Assembly: GCA_045107075.1 (NCBI GenBank)
Contig: JBGCFV010000018.1
Location: forward strand, 15,139-79,138
Origin: Gammaproteobacteria bacterium
GTDB lineage: Bacteria > Pseudomonadota > Gammaproteobacteria > Steroidobacterales > SZUA-146
Direction: 5' to 3'
DNA length: 64,000 bases
Below the pieces are notes generated by a model. It made no database searches and was not told where the DNA came from. It saw only the letters and a list, made by a program, of their open reading frames with translations. Shown here in pieces: positions 36,528 to 45,799 of this stretch. Made by a program: the position numbers and the translations under genes. Positions within the stretch are counted from its first letter, which is position 1. Every line of letters starts with the position of its first letter.

Positions 36528-36938
36528 CTATTCGCAGTCGGCACATTCAAGCAGTTCGCGAAGACGAGAGTAGTTGTAGCCGTGCACCACGCGATCACCA
36601 ATTGTGACCACCGGGACGCCACGGCCACCAAGCTGCTGGAAGGTTTGGTTGGCTGATTCGTTCTGTTCAATATCGAGCTCCTGAAACGGTATCTCGTGTT
36701 TGGTCAGAGTGCGTCGGACTTTCTTGCAGTAGCCACACCAGCTGGTGCTGTAGAGCGTGACCGGGCCAGCCGCTTCGGCGCTGTACTGGATTTTCCCACC
36801 AACCGTATCGCGTAGCGTACTGAAATTGAGCACCACGAAGAAAGCACCAAAGATAACGGCCCAGTGCCAAATAGGTGTTCCCGCGCGTTTCCTGGTTTTT
36901 TTGGTCGAAAATGCGAGGTCTTTGGGAGAATCGGTCAT
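36528..36938 (-). CDS. Membrane-anchored glutaredoxin-like protein
   Basis: N-terminal TM helix, then a Grx fold with a CGYC active site (LYSTSWCGYCKK) and GGRGVPVVTIGD. Confidence 0.8.
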   Translation of the reverse strand: MTDSPKDLAFSTKKTRKRAGTPIWHWAVIFGAFFVVLNFSTLRDTVGGKIQYSAEAAGPVTLYSTSWCGYCKKVRRTLTKHEIPFQELDIEQNESANQTFQQLGGRGVPVVTIGDRVVHGYNYSRLRELLECADCE

Positions 36939-37110
36939 TGAATTCCTGTATCACAAACGTGTCTTAAGAGCGTATCAGTCAAGACCGGTGATTTGAGATA
37001 AATGTTTCGGCGAGTGTGGCAGTATCGCCTCACTCGAATCCGGTCGCAACGTGGTTACATTCAGCCACATAACTGAATTTGAACTAACTTTACATAACGG
37101 AGATATCGGG

Positions 37111-37782
37111 ATGCTAATCAAAAAAGCTGGCTTATCCGCAGTAGCGGCCACATTTGTACTCGGCATCGGTGGCTGCACCACTATTAATCCTTATACGGGT
37201 GATGAGCAGACCGCAAAAGCGACCAAAGGCGCACTAATTGGAGCCGGAATTGGCGCATTAGCCGGAATAATCTCTGGTAGTGACTCTCGTGACCGTCGCA
37301 AGCGTGCTCTGATTGGCGCTGGCATCGGCGGTATCACGGGCGGTTCCATTGGATATTACATGGACGTGCAGGAGGCCAAGCTGCGTAAAGAGCTGGCCGA
37401 CACCGGTATTGTCTTCGAGCGTCAGGGCGACAACATTGTGCTGGCCATGCCGGGCAACGTGACGTTCGACGTTAATAAGGCAGACATAAAGCCGCAGTTT
37501 GTCTCGGTGCTTGATCGTCTAGCCCGGATTTTTAACGAAAAAAACCAGACGTTTATCGAGGTTGTCGGCCACACCGATAGCACGGGTTCCGATTCCATTA
37601 ACCAGGCTCTGTCAGAGCGGCGCGCCCAAAGCGTGGTTAACTACCTGGCTAATCGAAGTGTCGTGAACGACCGCCTGGCCGGGTTTGGCAAGAGTTCGGC
37701 TTACCCGATTGCGGATAACGGCACGGAGCAGGGTCGCCAGCTCAACCGTAGAGTTGAAATTACTTTGGTGCCGATTACTTAA
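37111..37782 (+). CDS. OmpA-family lipoprotein with glycine-zipper segment
   Basis: Lipobox GIGGC. Two Gly zippers (GALIGAGIGALAGII, ALIGAGIGGITGGSIG). OmpA_C motif VVGHTDSTGSDSINQALSERRAQSV. Confidence 0.88.
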   Translation: MLIKKAGLSAVAATFVLGIGGCTTINPYTGDEQTAKATKGALIGAGIGALAGIISGSDSRDRRKRALIGAGIGGITGGSIGYYMDVQEAKLRKELADTGIVFERQGDNIVLAMPGNVTFDVNKADIKPQFVSVLDRLARIFNEKNQTFIEVVGHTDSTGSDSINQALSERRAQSVVNYLANRSVVNDRLAGFGKSSAYPIADNGTEQGRQLNRRVEITLVPIT

Positions 37783-37800
37783 ATTCGGTAGCGCGAGTAC

Positions 37801-37920
37801 TGTCATTGCCAGCGCGTAGCGCGCGGCAATCTCTTGACGCTACTTCGAGCTGTCTCACTCATCAGGCTCGAAGCACCCGGACAGAGATCGCTACGCCCGC
37901 TGCGCGGACTCGCAATGACA
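37801..37920. repeat. REP-like family B, inverted pair
   Basis: Left unit TGTCATTGCCAGCGCGTAGCGCGCGGCAATCTCTTGACGC. Right unit GACAGAGATCGCTACGCCCGCTGCGCGGACTCGCAATGACA. Confidence 0.8.
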
Positions 37921-38271
37921 GGATACTTGTTTTTGCGCCCCAAGCCGGACTCTCATATGTATAAAATGTCCTGATTACAGTGCAAATGAGTTGAAAAATT
38001 ACCGATCTGTAGCGATCTACGCCAATTTTTCTCTCCGTTTTTTATCGGCATAGACATGTGGTTGCTCGCCGTAATTTCTGCATTAGGTTAAATAATAATG
38101 GTGTGCTTAATAGTGGTTAGCGTCAATCAAAATCAGTAAATAGCACTAATTGTCGTTCAAAAGTGCATAAATTCAATCAAAATCGTTTAAACGGCACATC
38201 GAACATTCCCGCCCGATGAACTCACAATCAGACCGACTGTCCGATATAGTATCGCCATGACAGGAATACCC

Positions 38272-39039
38272 ATGATTAAAGCTCGCTCTATTATTGCTTT
38301 CGTAACCCAACTGCTCGCCGTAACGGTCCTGGCGACAGGCGCGACGGTGTCCGCTGCCGATTTCGAACCGCATAGTGCCCACTACGACGTCCGCATTAAA
38401 ATGTTCAAAGGATCCATGGTCACCGGGCTGCAGGCGGAGAAGGGTGTGTTCACCGGCACCTCCGAAATTAGAGCGCGTGGTCTGGCAAGACTGGCGGCAA
38501 AAGGCACCATTGAAAATCGATCACAGTTCAGACTCAGCAACGACGCTGTCCAACCACTTGCTTTTGAAGGCAACGACTCAATCTCCAAACGCAAGAAAAA
38601 AGCGACGCTCGATTTTGACTGGGAGGCACTTCGGGTAACCGGTCTGACTTCGCAAAAGAACAGCGGCGAGCTCGTCGAGAACCAGGTGAACGACCCGGTT
38701 GAAGACGGCACGCATGACGCCGTGTCGCTGCAGTACGCACTCATGCACGACCTTCAAAAAGACCAGCTGCGTGATCAGTATATTTTGATCGATGGCAGCG
38801 AGCGCAAGGTCATTAACATCACGCGCCGCGAGCCCGTCACGCTGCGTGTGCCCTTTGGTGAATTTGAAGCTGTGCCTGTCGAGCACCAGGTGGAAGGGTC
38901 CTCTCGCACGACCATATTCTGGTTAGCCGAAGAACTGAATTTCTTGCCCGTTAAAATCGAGCAGCGTCGCAAAGGCAAACGTTTAATGAAAGCGGAGCTT
39001 GGCGACTACCGGCCGACGGAAGAGCTTTCGTCACTCTAG
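38272..39039 (+). CDS. DUF3108-like exported protein
   Basis: AGGA 6 nt upstream of the ATG at 38272. Signal peptide ..ATVSA|AD. Beta-rich sequence ending ..LPVKIEQRRKGKRLMKAEL, as in DUF3108 proteins (from memory). Confidence 0.65.
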   Translation: MIKARSIIAFVTQLLAVTVLATGATVSAADFEPHSAHYDVRIKMFKGSMVTGLQAEKGVFTGTSEIRARGLARLAAKGTIENRSQFRLSNDAVQPLAFEGNDSISKRKKKATLDFDWEALRVTGLTSQKNSGELVENQVNDPVEDGTHDAVSLQYALMHDLQKDQLRDQYILIDGSERKVINITRREPVTLRVPFGEFEAVPVEHQVEGSSRTTIFWLAEELNFLPVKIEQRRKGKRLMKAELGDYRPTEELSSL

Positions 39040-39137
39040 CTCTCCGGTCGGCCCTCTTCGAGTTGGCGTGGTATTCGGTTAATGATCACATCGCATTAAC
39101 AACGCAACGCTAGTTATCCGCGTTCAATTTCCCGAAA

Positions 39138-42100
39138 CTAATCACACACGTTGCCAACTCCCCCCGGCCCTGGCGGCATTAAAAAATAATCTACGAACAA
39201 ACTGATATCCAGGAAGTTCACGACACCGTCGCTATTGAGGTCATACAGCGGCGAGCTAGTGCTCAAGAACTGTGGCGCAAGTGCAGCGTAGTCGACGAAA
39301 TTGACGATGCAGTCGTTGTTAAAGTCGGGATCACACGCATTGCCTATGTTGTCACCGTCGGTATCTTGCTGACCCGCGTTGGCAATCAACAAGCAGTTGT
39401 CGCTGCTGTTTGCCACACCGTCAGCGTCGTCGTCCGTGCTAAAACCTCCTTCAGAAGGTGTTCCTTCGTCACCGTTAGCGTCAACGGGATAAACGCGGTA
39501 CTGCCAGTTAAGCAGCTGTCCCGGGAAGGGTGGCAGGTCAAGCCAGAAGGTAGATGCTGTGCTTGGGTACGCGTCGCCTGAACTTTGGTAAGCGAATTCA
39601 CCGCCATCCGTGCTTTTGTACACGTTGTACCCCACTGCGCCAGGTACCGGGTCCCAGTCAATATCCAAAGCGATGTCGCCCTGTACCGTAACGTTAAGCG
39701 GCCCCATTACCAACGCGTCGCACACGTCGCCCACACCGTCTCCGTCGCTGTCGGTCTGGCTGTAATTTGAAATGAACGGGCAGTTGTCTATGGCGTCGGA
39801 CACGTCGTCGAAATCTGTGTCGCGACAGCCTTCGTCAATGTCGAGATCGCCGTCGTTGTCGAGACCGTCGCAGGATTCTGTATTGGGTGGCAGTTCGAGA
39901 AAGTCGCCGTCTTCCACTATGGCGTCGGGCGATATGCCGCCGCCGACCTGAGTGCTCCGGCCGCCGGCCTGAACAGGGCAGTCAACAACGGGCCTACCGC
40001 TGGGTCGGCAGTCCATTGCTGCGCTCGTGTTAATTTCATTGCGGTAAGCCTGTGGCTGCTGGTAGCAGTTTGCCGTTTGGTTATAGCGCACAATGCAGCT
40101 GCCTGGTCGCGGCAAATTGAGCCAGTCAACGTTTTCACTGCGCAGCGGATTACCTGAACCCGATACCGTCCACTGACAGTCTTCGTCTATTTCATTGTCG
40201 CCGTTGTTGTCGACTCCGTCGCCGCAAATTTCCTGCGCACTCGGCAAGAAGAATTCATTTCTTACACCTACGCCGTTGATGTTCTCGCTTACGCTTGAGC
40301 TGATTGCACCGTCACAATTCCAGTCGATGCCGTTCGGAGTGTCTGCGTTCCAGCCGGTGTCATCGGCTGAAGAGCCGTGCATCCGCCGCGATTGAGCCTG
40401 CGCTCCGTTAGTCCAGACCACGGAACGACGCGCGTTCAAATCTACGTCGAGCGCCGTGTTTTCATCAGGGTCGGCACAGGTGTAGGCAATTAGCGGAACC
40501 GACCCTGGAGCCGACATCGGGCAGTTCCAGAACCCAAGCGCACTGACAATTCCACTTGTTGAACGTTCATCCAGATTGTTCTCGATGAGATTGCCAAGCA
40601 GTTGGCCTGAGTAGTCAAGGCCCGAGGTGATGTTCCCGTTGGGTGTAATACAGACATCGCCGTTGTAGCCGTAGTTCATCACGCTACGGTAGTTGGGTTT
40701 GAGATTTACATCATCGCCCCTACCTGGATAATAAAGATACTCTTCGATGATGTTCGGTGTTGTAGAAACGTCTCGTCGGCCACCGTGGTGCAAACCCATT
40801 ACGTGTCCGAGCTCGTGCATGAAGAGCCTTGTTTGTGAATCTGCGCTTTCTCGCGAGCAGGAAGTGTCAACAGCTTCTGTCCCCAGTCCGCAGGTCGCCG
40901 GATCTATCCCGGACAGTGGGCATTCGCAGTCATCGCCTCTGTACATATTAAGGGTAAAGAAGCGTCCATCAGCGTAGCTTCTTCCGGTGCTGTGTCGGCT
41001 GTAAGCGTAGAAGTGTGTCCAGTTGTGCTTGGGTGGAAAATAGTAGTTGCCGTTGTCGTCTACTCTCGCCGCTGCGGAGGCGCCGTCAAATGTCGATATG
41101 GCATCACTTGTTGGTCGGGGCCGTTCGTTCTCGGTAACGTGTAACGTCACACCGTTGCGCTGGTACGCGGCGACAACATTTTCTATGATGCCGTCCCTTA
41201 CGCGTGCCCCTGTCTCGTAGTCGTACTGTAAGAACACGTCTTTGTGACACGGGTTCGCTCCCATGCTGGGAAGGTCCACATAGTCACCATCAGGGAAAGA
41301 AGCTCCCAGTACTTCCCATTTGTCTATGATTGAATCACCGTCGGTGTCGGGGTTGTTTTTCGATGTGCATAGAATGTCTTCAATGTCGTCGACTAGTCCG
41401 TCGCCGTCGCTGTCTGTACCTGTGTTGCCAAACACCACGCGTCGGGTCACGGTGGCGTTAAAACCCTCGCTGTCAGTTGTCGATACAATGACGCTCCGCA
41501 CGCGCTGACCCGAAGACTGCACGGTCGTGCTGCAAGACTCTTCGGTGTTTGTGCCCGGGAAATTACACACCTGTTGTCCGACCGAAATAAAGGTTATTCC
41601 TGCAGGGTCCGTCGCCGTGGCGATGAGCGTTGCGCTTCCACCGGCCGGTGGCGAAACCGGATCTGAAATAATCGAGAGTTCCGGATTGTTACCGTCTTCC
41701 AGAACGCGAAAAGAGTCCATTCTTGACACGCCTGTGCGGCCAGCCACGTCGGTTACTACTGCGTAGAAATGATGCTGTCCCGGTAAAAGATTCAATTCGA
41801 TGTTGCAGAGTTCCAGAACATTTCCCGGCGCCGGAAAGTCGCACGTAAGTACAGGGCCGCGGCCGAGAACCGGGCCGCGATCAAGGAAGAGGGTAATAGA
41901 CTCAACCCGGTTCTGGTCGAAGCCGCTTGATCGCAGCATCACGGGTCCGGCAGGAGGGTTATTTGATGGTGAATGGGCAATAGACACATTTGGGTTTTGG
42001 GAATCAGGTTCAGGAATGAGCGAGTCATTGATTTTTACTGCCTGGTAACGGGCAGGCCAGTCCCAGAAGTAGTTGACCGGCCAGCCCCAGTCTTCACTTA

Positions 42101-43313
42101 TGCTGTCGCCGTTGTCCTGGTCGTCAATAACCTGAAGTCGAAACGTGTTGTCAGGACCCATTTCAAGAAGACTGCGAGGAATGCGAAACTCGGCTTTCCA
42201 GCGAAACTCGCCGTCAGAAAACCACTGCGCCGCTGCACCCGTGGGACCGGCACCTGAAAAACCACCCGAGCCGGTTCCAGCTTCACTGATGAAGGTGCCG
42301 CCTTCTTGTAAGCGCAGGCGAAAGTCATCCGGATTTGAGTATTCAGACGCGTCGTTGGTGGGGTCGACATAGACGCCGACAAACGAGCCCCCTTTCTGAA
42401 CATTTTCCATGCATACCCATAAATCGGTTTGAGTCGCACCGAGATAAAGCCACTCAATTTGGGAAGGTACGTCATCATTCCAGACCGGAATGCGTAGCGG
42501 GCCATTGAGGCCGGTGCACTGACCGTCAAGTGCCGGCTCCAAAATACGAGGTATTTGAAGTGGGCCCTCTGCGACTGGTGGTGCTATCTGACCAAAGAAA
42601 TTAGCAGCGCCATCCTGAGCGCCGTCAAAATTTCCAAAGGCTTCTCCGGGGCCACCCTCTAGAGGCCACACCGCGACGAGTCCATCGCGCGTGGATTCGA
42701 TTTTTTTGACAATGTCTCGTCGAATATCGTTCTGTAGCCGGGCGATTCGCCATAGGCGTACTTCGGCAATATTGCCCAGAAACGGGCAGGTGTTGCCGCA
42801 GGTGTTCGACGCCTCACCACCGATACCAATGCTGTCGAGATTAACGGGCAACGGCGCCGTGCTTGCGACAGACAGGTCAAGGACGCCGTTAACGTAAAAT
42901 TTGAGCGTACTGCCGTCATACGTAACAGCAATGTGGGTCCACTCACCCACTGCAACTGTTTTTGTTCCAGTAGTGCTGCCACCACCTCCCGCGTAGTAAC
43001 GAATTCGCCCGCTGCACAGTCCTAACCAGTAACCGGTTATGAAATTCTTACCGACGACTGTCTGACAGCTAGAGCTGGTGGTTTGTCTTACCCAGGCTTC
43101 AAGTGTAATTTCGCTACCCGGGTTTAACTCGGGTGCGTTCGGAATGACAATCCGGTCAGTGCCGCCATTGACTCGCAGCGTGTTTATCGTGGCCTGCGCG
43201 GTTGGCATTACAATGGCCATAGCCAGAAACAGTATTGCGACTGTTCGCGAGAATAAATTCTCCAGTTTGGAAAATAAGAAGGCGATAGTCGTTTCTGTGT
43301 TTTTCTGGTTCAC
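39138..43313 (-). CDS. Giant secreted multidomain metzincin: LamG-like, Ig-like, TSP3 Ca-binding repeats, HEXXHXXGXXH protease, MopE-like Cys/Asp repeats, FN3, dockerin-like C-terminus
   Basis: 1391 aa. Signal ..PTAQA|T. LamG-like segment (ITLEAWVRQ..WTHIAVTYDGSTLKFYVNG). HELGHVMGLHH at aa 833-843 (nt 40785-40817) with Met-turn SVMNY at aa 877-881. CGDGVDNNGDNEIDEDC and CDGLDNDGDLDIDEGC. DSDGDGVGDVCD and DTDGDNIGNACD. C-terminal DFNNDCIVNFVDY / DLNSDGVVNFLDI. GTG start. Confidence 0.85.
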   Translation of the reverse strand: MNQKNTETTIAFLFSKLENLFSRTVAILFLAMAIVMPTAQATINTLRVNGGTDRIVIPNAPELNPGSEITLEAWVRQTTSSSCQTVVGKNFITGYWLGLCSGRIRYYAGGGGSTTGTKTVAVGEWTHIAVTYDGSTLKFYVNGVLDLSVASTAPLPVNLDSIGIGGEASNTCGNTCPFLGNIAEVRLWRIARLQNDIRRDIVKKIESTRDGLVAVWPLEGGPGEAFGNFDGAQDGAANFFGQIAPPVAEGPLQIPRILEPALDGQCTGLNGPLRIPVWNDDVPSQIEWLYLGATQTDLWVCMENVQKGGSFVGVYVDPTNDASEYSNPDDFRLRLQEGGTFISEAGTGSGGFSGAGPTGAAAQWFSDGEFRWKAEFRIPRSLLEMGPDNTFRLQVIDDQDNGDSISEDWGWPVNYFWDWPARYQAVKINDSLIPEPDSQNPNVSIAHSPSNNPPAGPVMLRSSGFDQNRVESITLFLDRGPVLGRGPVLTCDFPAPGNVLELCNIELNLLPGQHHFYAVVTDVAGRTGVSRMDSFRVLEDGNNPELSIISDPVSPPAGGSATLIATATDPAGITFISVGQQVCNFPGTNTEESCSTTVQSSGQRVRSVIVSTTDSEGFNATVTRRVVFGNTGTDSDGDGLVDDIEDILCTSKNNPDTDGDSIIDKWEVLGASFPDGDYVDLPSMGANPCHKDVFLQYDYETGARVRDGIIENVVAAYQRNGVTLHVTENERPRPTSDAISTFDGASAAARVDDNGNYYFPPKHNWTHFYAYSRHSTGRSYADGRFFTLNMYRGDDCECPLSGIDPATCGLGTEAVDTSCSRESADSQTRLFMHELGHVMGLHHGGRRDVSTTPNIIEEYLYYPGRGDDVNLKPNYRSVMNYGYNGDVCITPNGNITSGLDYSGQLLGNLIENNLDERSTSGIVSALGFWNCPMSAPGSVPLIAYTCADPDENTALDVDLNARRSVVWTNGAQAQSRRMHGSSADDTGWNADTPNGIDWNCDGAISSSVSENINGVGVRNEFFLPSAQEICGDGVDNNGDNEIDEDCQWTVSGSGNPLRSENVDWLNLPRPGSCIVRYNQTANCYQQPQAYRNEINTSAAMDCRPSGRPVVDCPVQAGGRSTQVGGGISPDAIVEDGDFLELPPNTESCDGLDNDGDLDIDEGCRDTDFDDVSDAIDNCPFISNYSQTDSDGDGVGDVCDALVMGPLNVTVQGDIALDIDWDPVPGAVGYNVYKSTDGGEFAYQSSGDAYPSTASTFWLDLPPFPGQLLNWQYRVYPVDANGDEGTPSEGGFSTDDDADGVANSSDNCLLIANAGQQDTDGDNIGNACDPDFNNDCIVNFVDYAALAPQFLSTSSPLYDLNSDGVVNFLDISLFVDYFLMPPGPGGVGNVCD

Positions 43314-43473
43314 TTGTCGGAATTCCTGTGATGCTGATTGGCCACGTTTGCTGAGCTCGTCTGCGTCATGAATATCAGGCTGGCGTTAAATTGCAGACGC
43401 GCCCAGTTAGGAATACGTAAAGTTTCGGTCAAAGCGGCATCTGATTTTTGTTATTGCAAATCCGCTATCAGCT

Positions 43474-43613
43474 TCCGTCATTGCGAGCCCGCACGGCGGG
43501 CGAGGCAATCTCCGTCAGGGTGAGAAGAGATTAGATAATAACGTAGCGCTATAAGTCTCCGTCATTGCGAGGCCGCACAGCGGGCGCGGCAATCTCCGTC
43601 AGGGTGAGAAGAG
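43474..43613. repeat. REP-like family B, two direct tandem units (43474-43529 and 43558-43613)
   Basis: TCCGTCATTGCGAG(C/G)CCGCAC(G/A)GCGGGCG(A/C)GGCAATCTCCGTCAGGGTGAGAAGAG occurs twice with an 84-bp period. Confidence 0.85.
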
Positions 43614-43691
43614 GTAAATGAAGAAAATAATGAGCGGTTGCATTAAACAACTTCGGCAGGTCGCGCTTGCAAGAAAATTCTTGACCAAAAA

Positions 43692-45023
43692 CTAATCCGA
43701 TTCGTCTTCCTTCGGTTTACGAAGTTTATCAAGGATCGATATCGCTCCCTTCTTTAATCCTCCTCCCACGTCAGCCTCTTTATCAACCTGTATGTTGAAC
43801 GACGTCAAAATAAATTTAATCGACTCTCCAACGGCAGACCAAAGTCCCGCGGCAGCCAATGAAGACTTGGATTCAAACTGGGATTCATTTAAGACCAGAG
43901 AAAATTCGAGAGGGAAGTCGCCATTGTGTCCGTTAACGTAACGAGTCAGTGGTGCGGATGCGATTCGTTTGAACTTGCTTGTCCCCTGAGGTGCCTTGAC
44001 TTCAATGTTTGAAAACTTAAGGCGCCAGTCCATATCGATGGTAAGTGAGTTGTCGATCTCCCACTCATCGACAACAAACACCTCAACGGTGCCTTCGCTA
44101 AACCACGACAGTGGTCCACCTGCCATCGCTCCAAGACTCGCAACGGGTATGTTCGGAGCTCGCCATTCCGTTTTGCGGCCACTGGCAATCTTGGACGTGA
44201 CAATATCAAATGGAGAATCAGAAATTGATCCGCTAACGTTTGATCTGAACAATACGTCGAATAGCGCCATGCGTGATCTCAACGGTTGGCTATGAATGTG
44301 TTCAATGCTTATTGGTAGTGAGAACGGATTACCGTCAGGGTTTACGCCAGACACATTCAAATCTACATTCGTTACGTCGAGCCGGTCTATTACAAAAGCT
44401 CGTCGTGGCTTGTCGACGTCTTCACTACTGTCGGAATCGTTGGCAGCCTTTTGCGTCTTTTTAACCCAGCCATCAAGACCATCAAGCTCGGCACTCTCCA
44501 ACTGAGCGGTACCAAACAAAGAGGTAATCTTTAGGTCGAGGCTTATTTTGGCCAGGCGAAGGTCGAACGAAGACTCAGAATGGGAAGGTCGCTGAATAGT
44601 GCAATTGCGAAGGTCAATTTTCCCCGCAAATACGGAGCCGTCAATGTTCTCGCAGGACGTAGTAATTCCGCTTCGATCTTGCACTTTGTTGAAGACGTAT
44701 CGAACAGAGTCGTTGAAGAAGAATGTGTTCACAATGCCGATGCCGGCGAGAGTCAGCACGGCGAGGCCGGTCAGAACCATGGCGCCCAGTCGGGCAAATC
44801 GGAGTGTTTGGGGTTTGCCCGTACTACTTGCCGTGACACTATCTCGCGTTGTTTCAGTGCCTGTCTGTTGTTTCTCTTTTGTCTGGGTATTGATGTAGCT
44901 CGATCCGAGCAAGAATGACGCGATTAAACTGAACACCGAGCCAATCAGATTGGCGATCAGTAAAAAGAACGGTGCTAACACGGCGAAAACGATTTCACCA
45001 ATTATCAGAACGATCGCTTCCAT
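43692..45023 (-). CDS. Hypothetical membrane-anchored protein (no family recognised)
   Basis: Start MEAIVLIIGEIVF. Two N-terminal TM segments separated by a Thr/Gln-rich linker, then about 330 aa of beta-rich sequence. Visibly lower G+C than its neighbours. Confidence 0.6.
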   Translation of the reverse strand: MEAIVLIIGEIVFAVLAPFFLLIANLIGSVFSLIASFLLGSSYINTQTKEKQQTGTETTRDSVTASSTGKPQTLRFARLGAMVLTGLAVLTLAGIGIVNTFFFNDSVRYVFNKVQDRSGITTSCENIDGSVFAGKIDLRNCTIQRPSHSESSFDLRLAKISLDLKITSLFGTAQLESAELDGLDGWVKKTQKAANDSDSSEDVDKPRRAFVIDRLDVTNVDLNVSGVNPDGNPFSLPISIEHIHSQPLRSRMALFDVLFRSNVSGSISDSPFDIVTSKIASGRKTEWRAPNIPVASLGAMAGGPLSWFSEGTVEVFVVDEWEIDNSLTIDMDWRLKFSNIEVKAPQGTSKFKRIASAPLTRYVNGHNGDFPLEFSLVLNESQFESKSSLAAAGLWSAVGESIKFILTSFNIQVDKEADVGGGLKKGAISILDKLRKPKEDESD

Positions 45024-45087
45024 ATGGCTTCTTTTGTTACTACTCCCCAATTCGTATAGTCGTGTATGTTGGTCTTTTTGTAAAGAG

Positions 45088-45119
45088 TACTTGACAAGTA
45101 TTAGAGGCGCGATTATGAT
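45088..45119 (+). promoter_or_regulatory. Sigma70-type promoter (TTGACA-17-TATGAT) overlapped by the 13-bp palindrome TACTTGACAAGTA
   Basis: -35 TTGACA at 45091-45096, a 17-nt spacer, and -10 TATGAT at 45114-45119. The palindrome spans 45088-45100. The promoter lies 44 nt upstream of the 45163 ORF. Confidence 0.6.
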
Positions 45120-45162
45120 TTAGGTCAAGTTTACTTTACTTTAAGACAAAGAGGTTAGACAT

Positions 45163-45585
45163 ATGAGTGATTTAAAGTCCGACTCCTGCGATTGGCAATC
45201 GGACGGAGCAAGAAATACCGTTCGTCTTGGACTTTGGACCGCGGCCTGGTTACTGACCTTGGCCGTGGCGACCTCTGGTCCCAAGTTAATATGGGATTTC
45301 GCTACCCTTCCCTCGGTTCTCGCTGTTCTCGTTAACCTTGGCGTTGGAATCGGAATGATTCTGGCGAATAAGCAGCATCTTCAAGGGCTGGACGAATTGC
45401 AGCAGAAAATATTTCTCGACGCGGCGGCACTCTCACTGGGTGTTGGGTTAGTGTGCGGGTTCAGCTACGAGCTGCTGGAAGACATTAAACTTGTTTCGTT
45501 TGAACCGGAGATTTGGCATCTCATAGTTGTAATGTCTCTTGCCTTCCTCGCCGGAACGATTGCCGGACATAGAAAGTACCGATGA
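45163..45585 (+). CDS. Small four-helix membrane protein
   Basis: 140 aa with 4 predicted TM helices. ATGA overlap with the downstream XRE gene. Confidence 0.6.
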   Translation: MSDLKSDSCDWQSDGARNTVRLGLWTAAWLLTLAVATSGPKLIWDFATLPSVLAVLVNLGVGIGMILANKQHLQGLDELQQKIFLDAAALSLGVGLVCGFSYELLEDIKLVSFEPEIWHLIVVMSLAFLAGTIAGHRKYR

Positions 45586-45782
45586 AGAATCGCTTAAAAG
45601 TACTTCGTGCCGAAAGAGACTGGACTCAGGCGCAGCTTGCCAAAGAGCTCAGCGTTTCGCGTCAAACGGTGAACGCCATTGAGAAAGGAAAATTCGACCC
45701 CAGTTTACCTTTGGCATTCAAAGCGGCGCGTCTGTTTAAACTGTCGATAGAAGAAATTTTTCAGGATGAAGTTGAGTCCTGA
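45582..45782 (+). CDS. XRE-family (Cro/C1) HTH transcriptional regulator, 66 aa
   Basis: LKVLRAERDWTQAQLAKELSVSRQTVNAIEKGKFDPSLPLAFKAARLF is a classic short XRE HTH. Confidence 0.88.
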   Translation: MKNRLKVLRAERDWTQAQLAKELSVSRQTVNAIEKGKFDPSLPLAFKAARLFKLSIEEIFQDEVES

Positions 45783-45799
45783 CTAACCAGCGGTAGCCT

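Noticed and set aside
43474-43613. Tandem 56-nt repeats with an 84-bp period, considered as a mini CRISPR array.
   Set aside because: There are only two units. The same unit occurs as inverted pairs at three other loci. The unit is GC-rich REP-like DNA, and no cas genes or leader are present.
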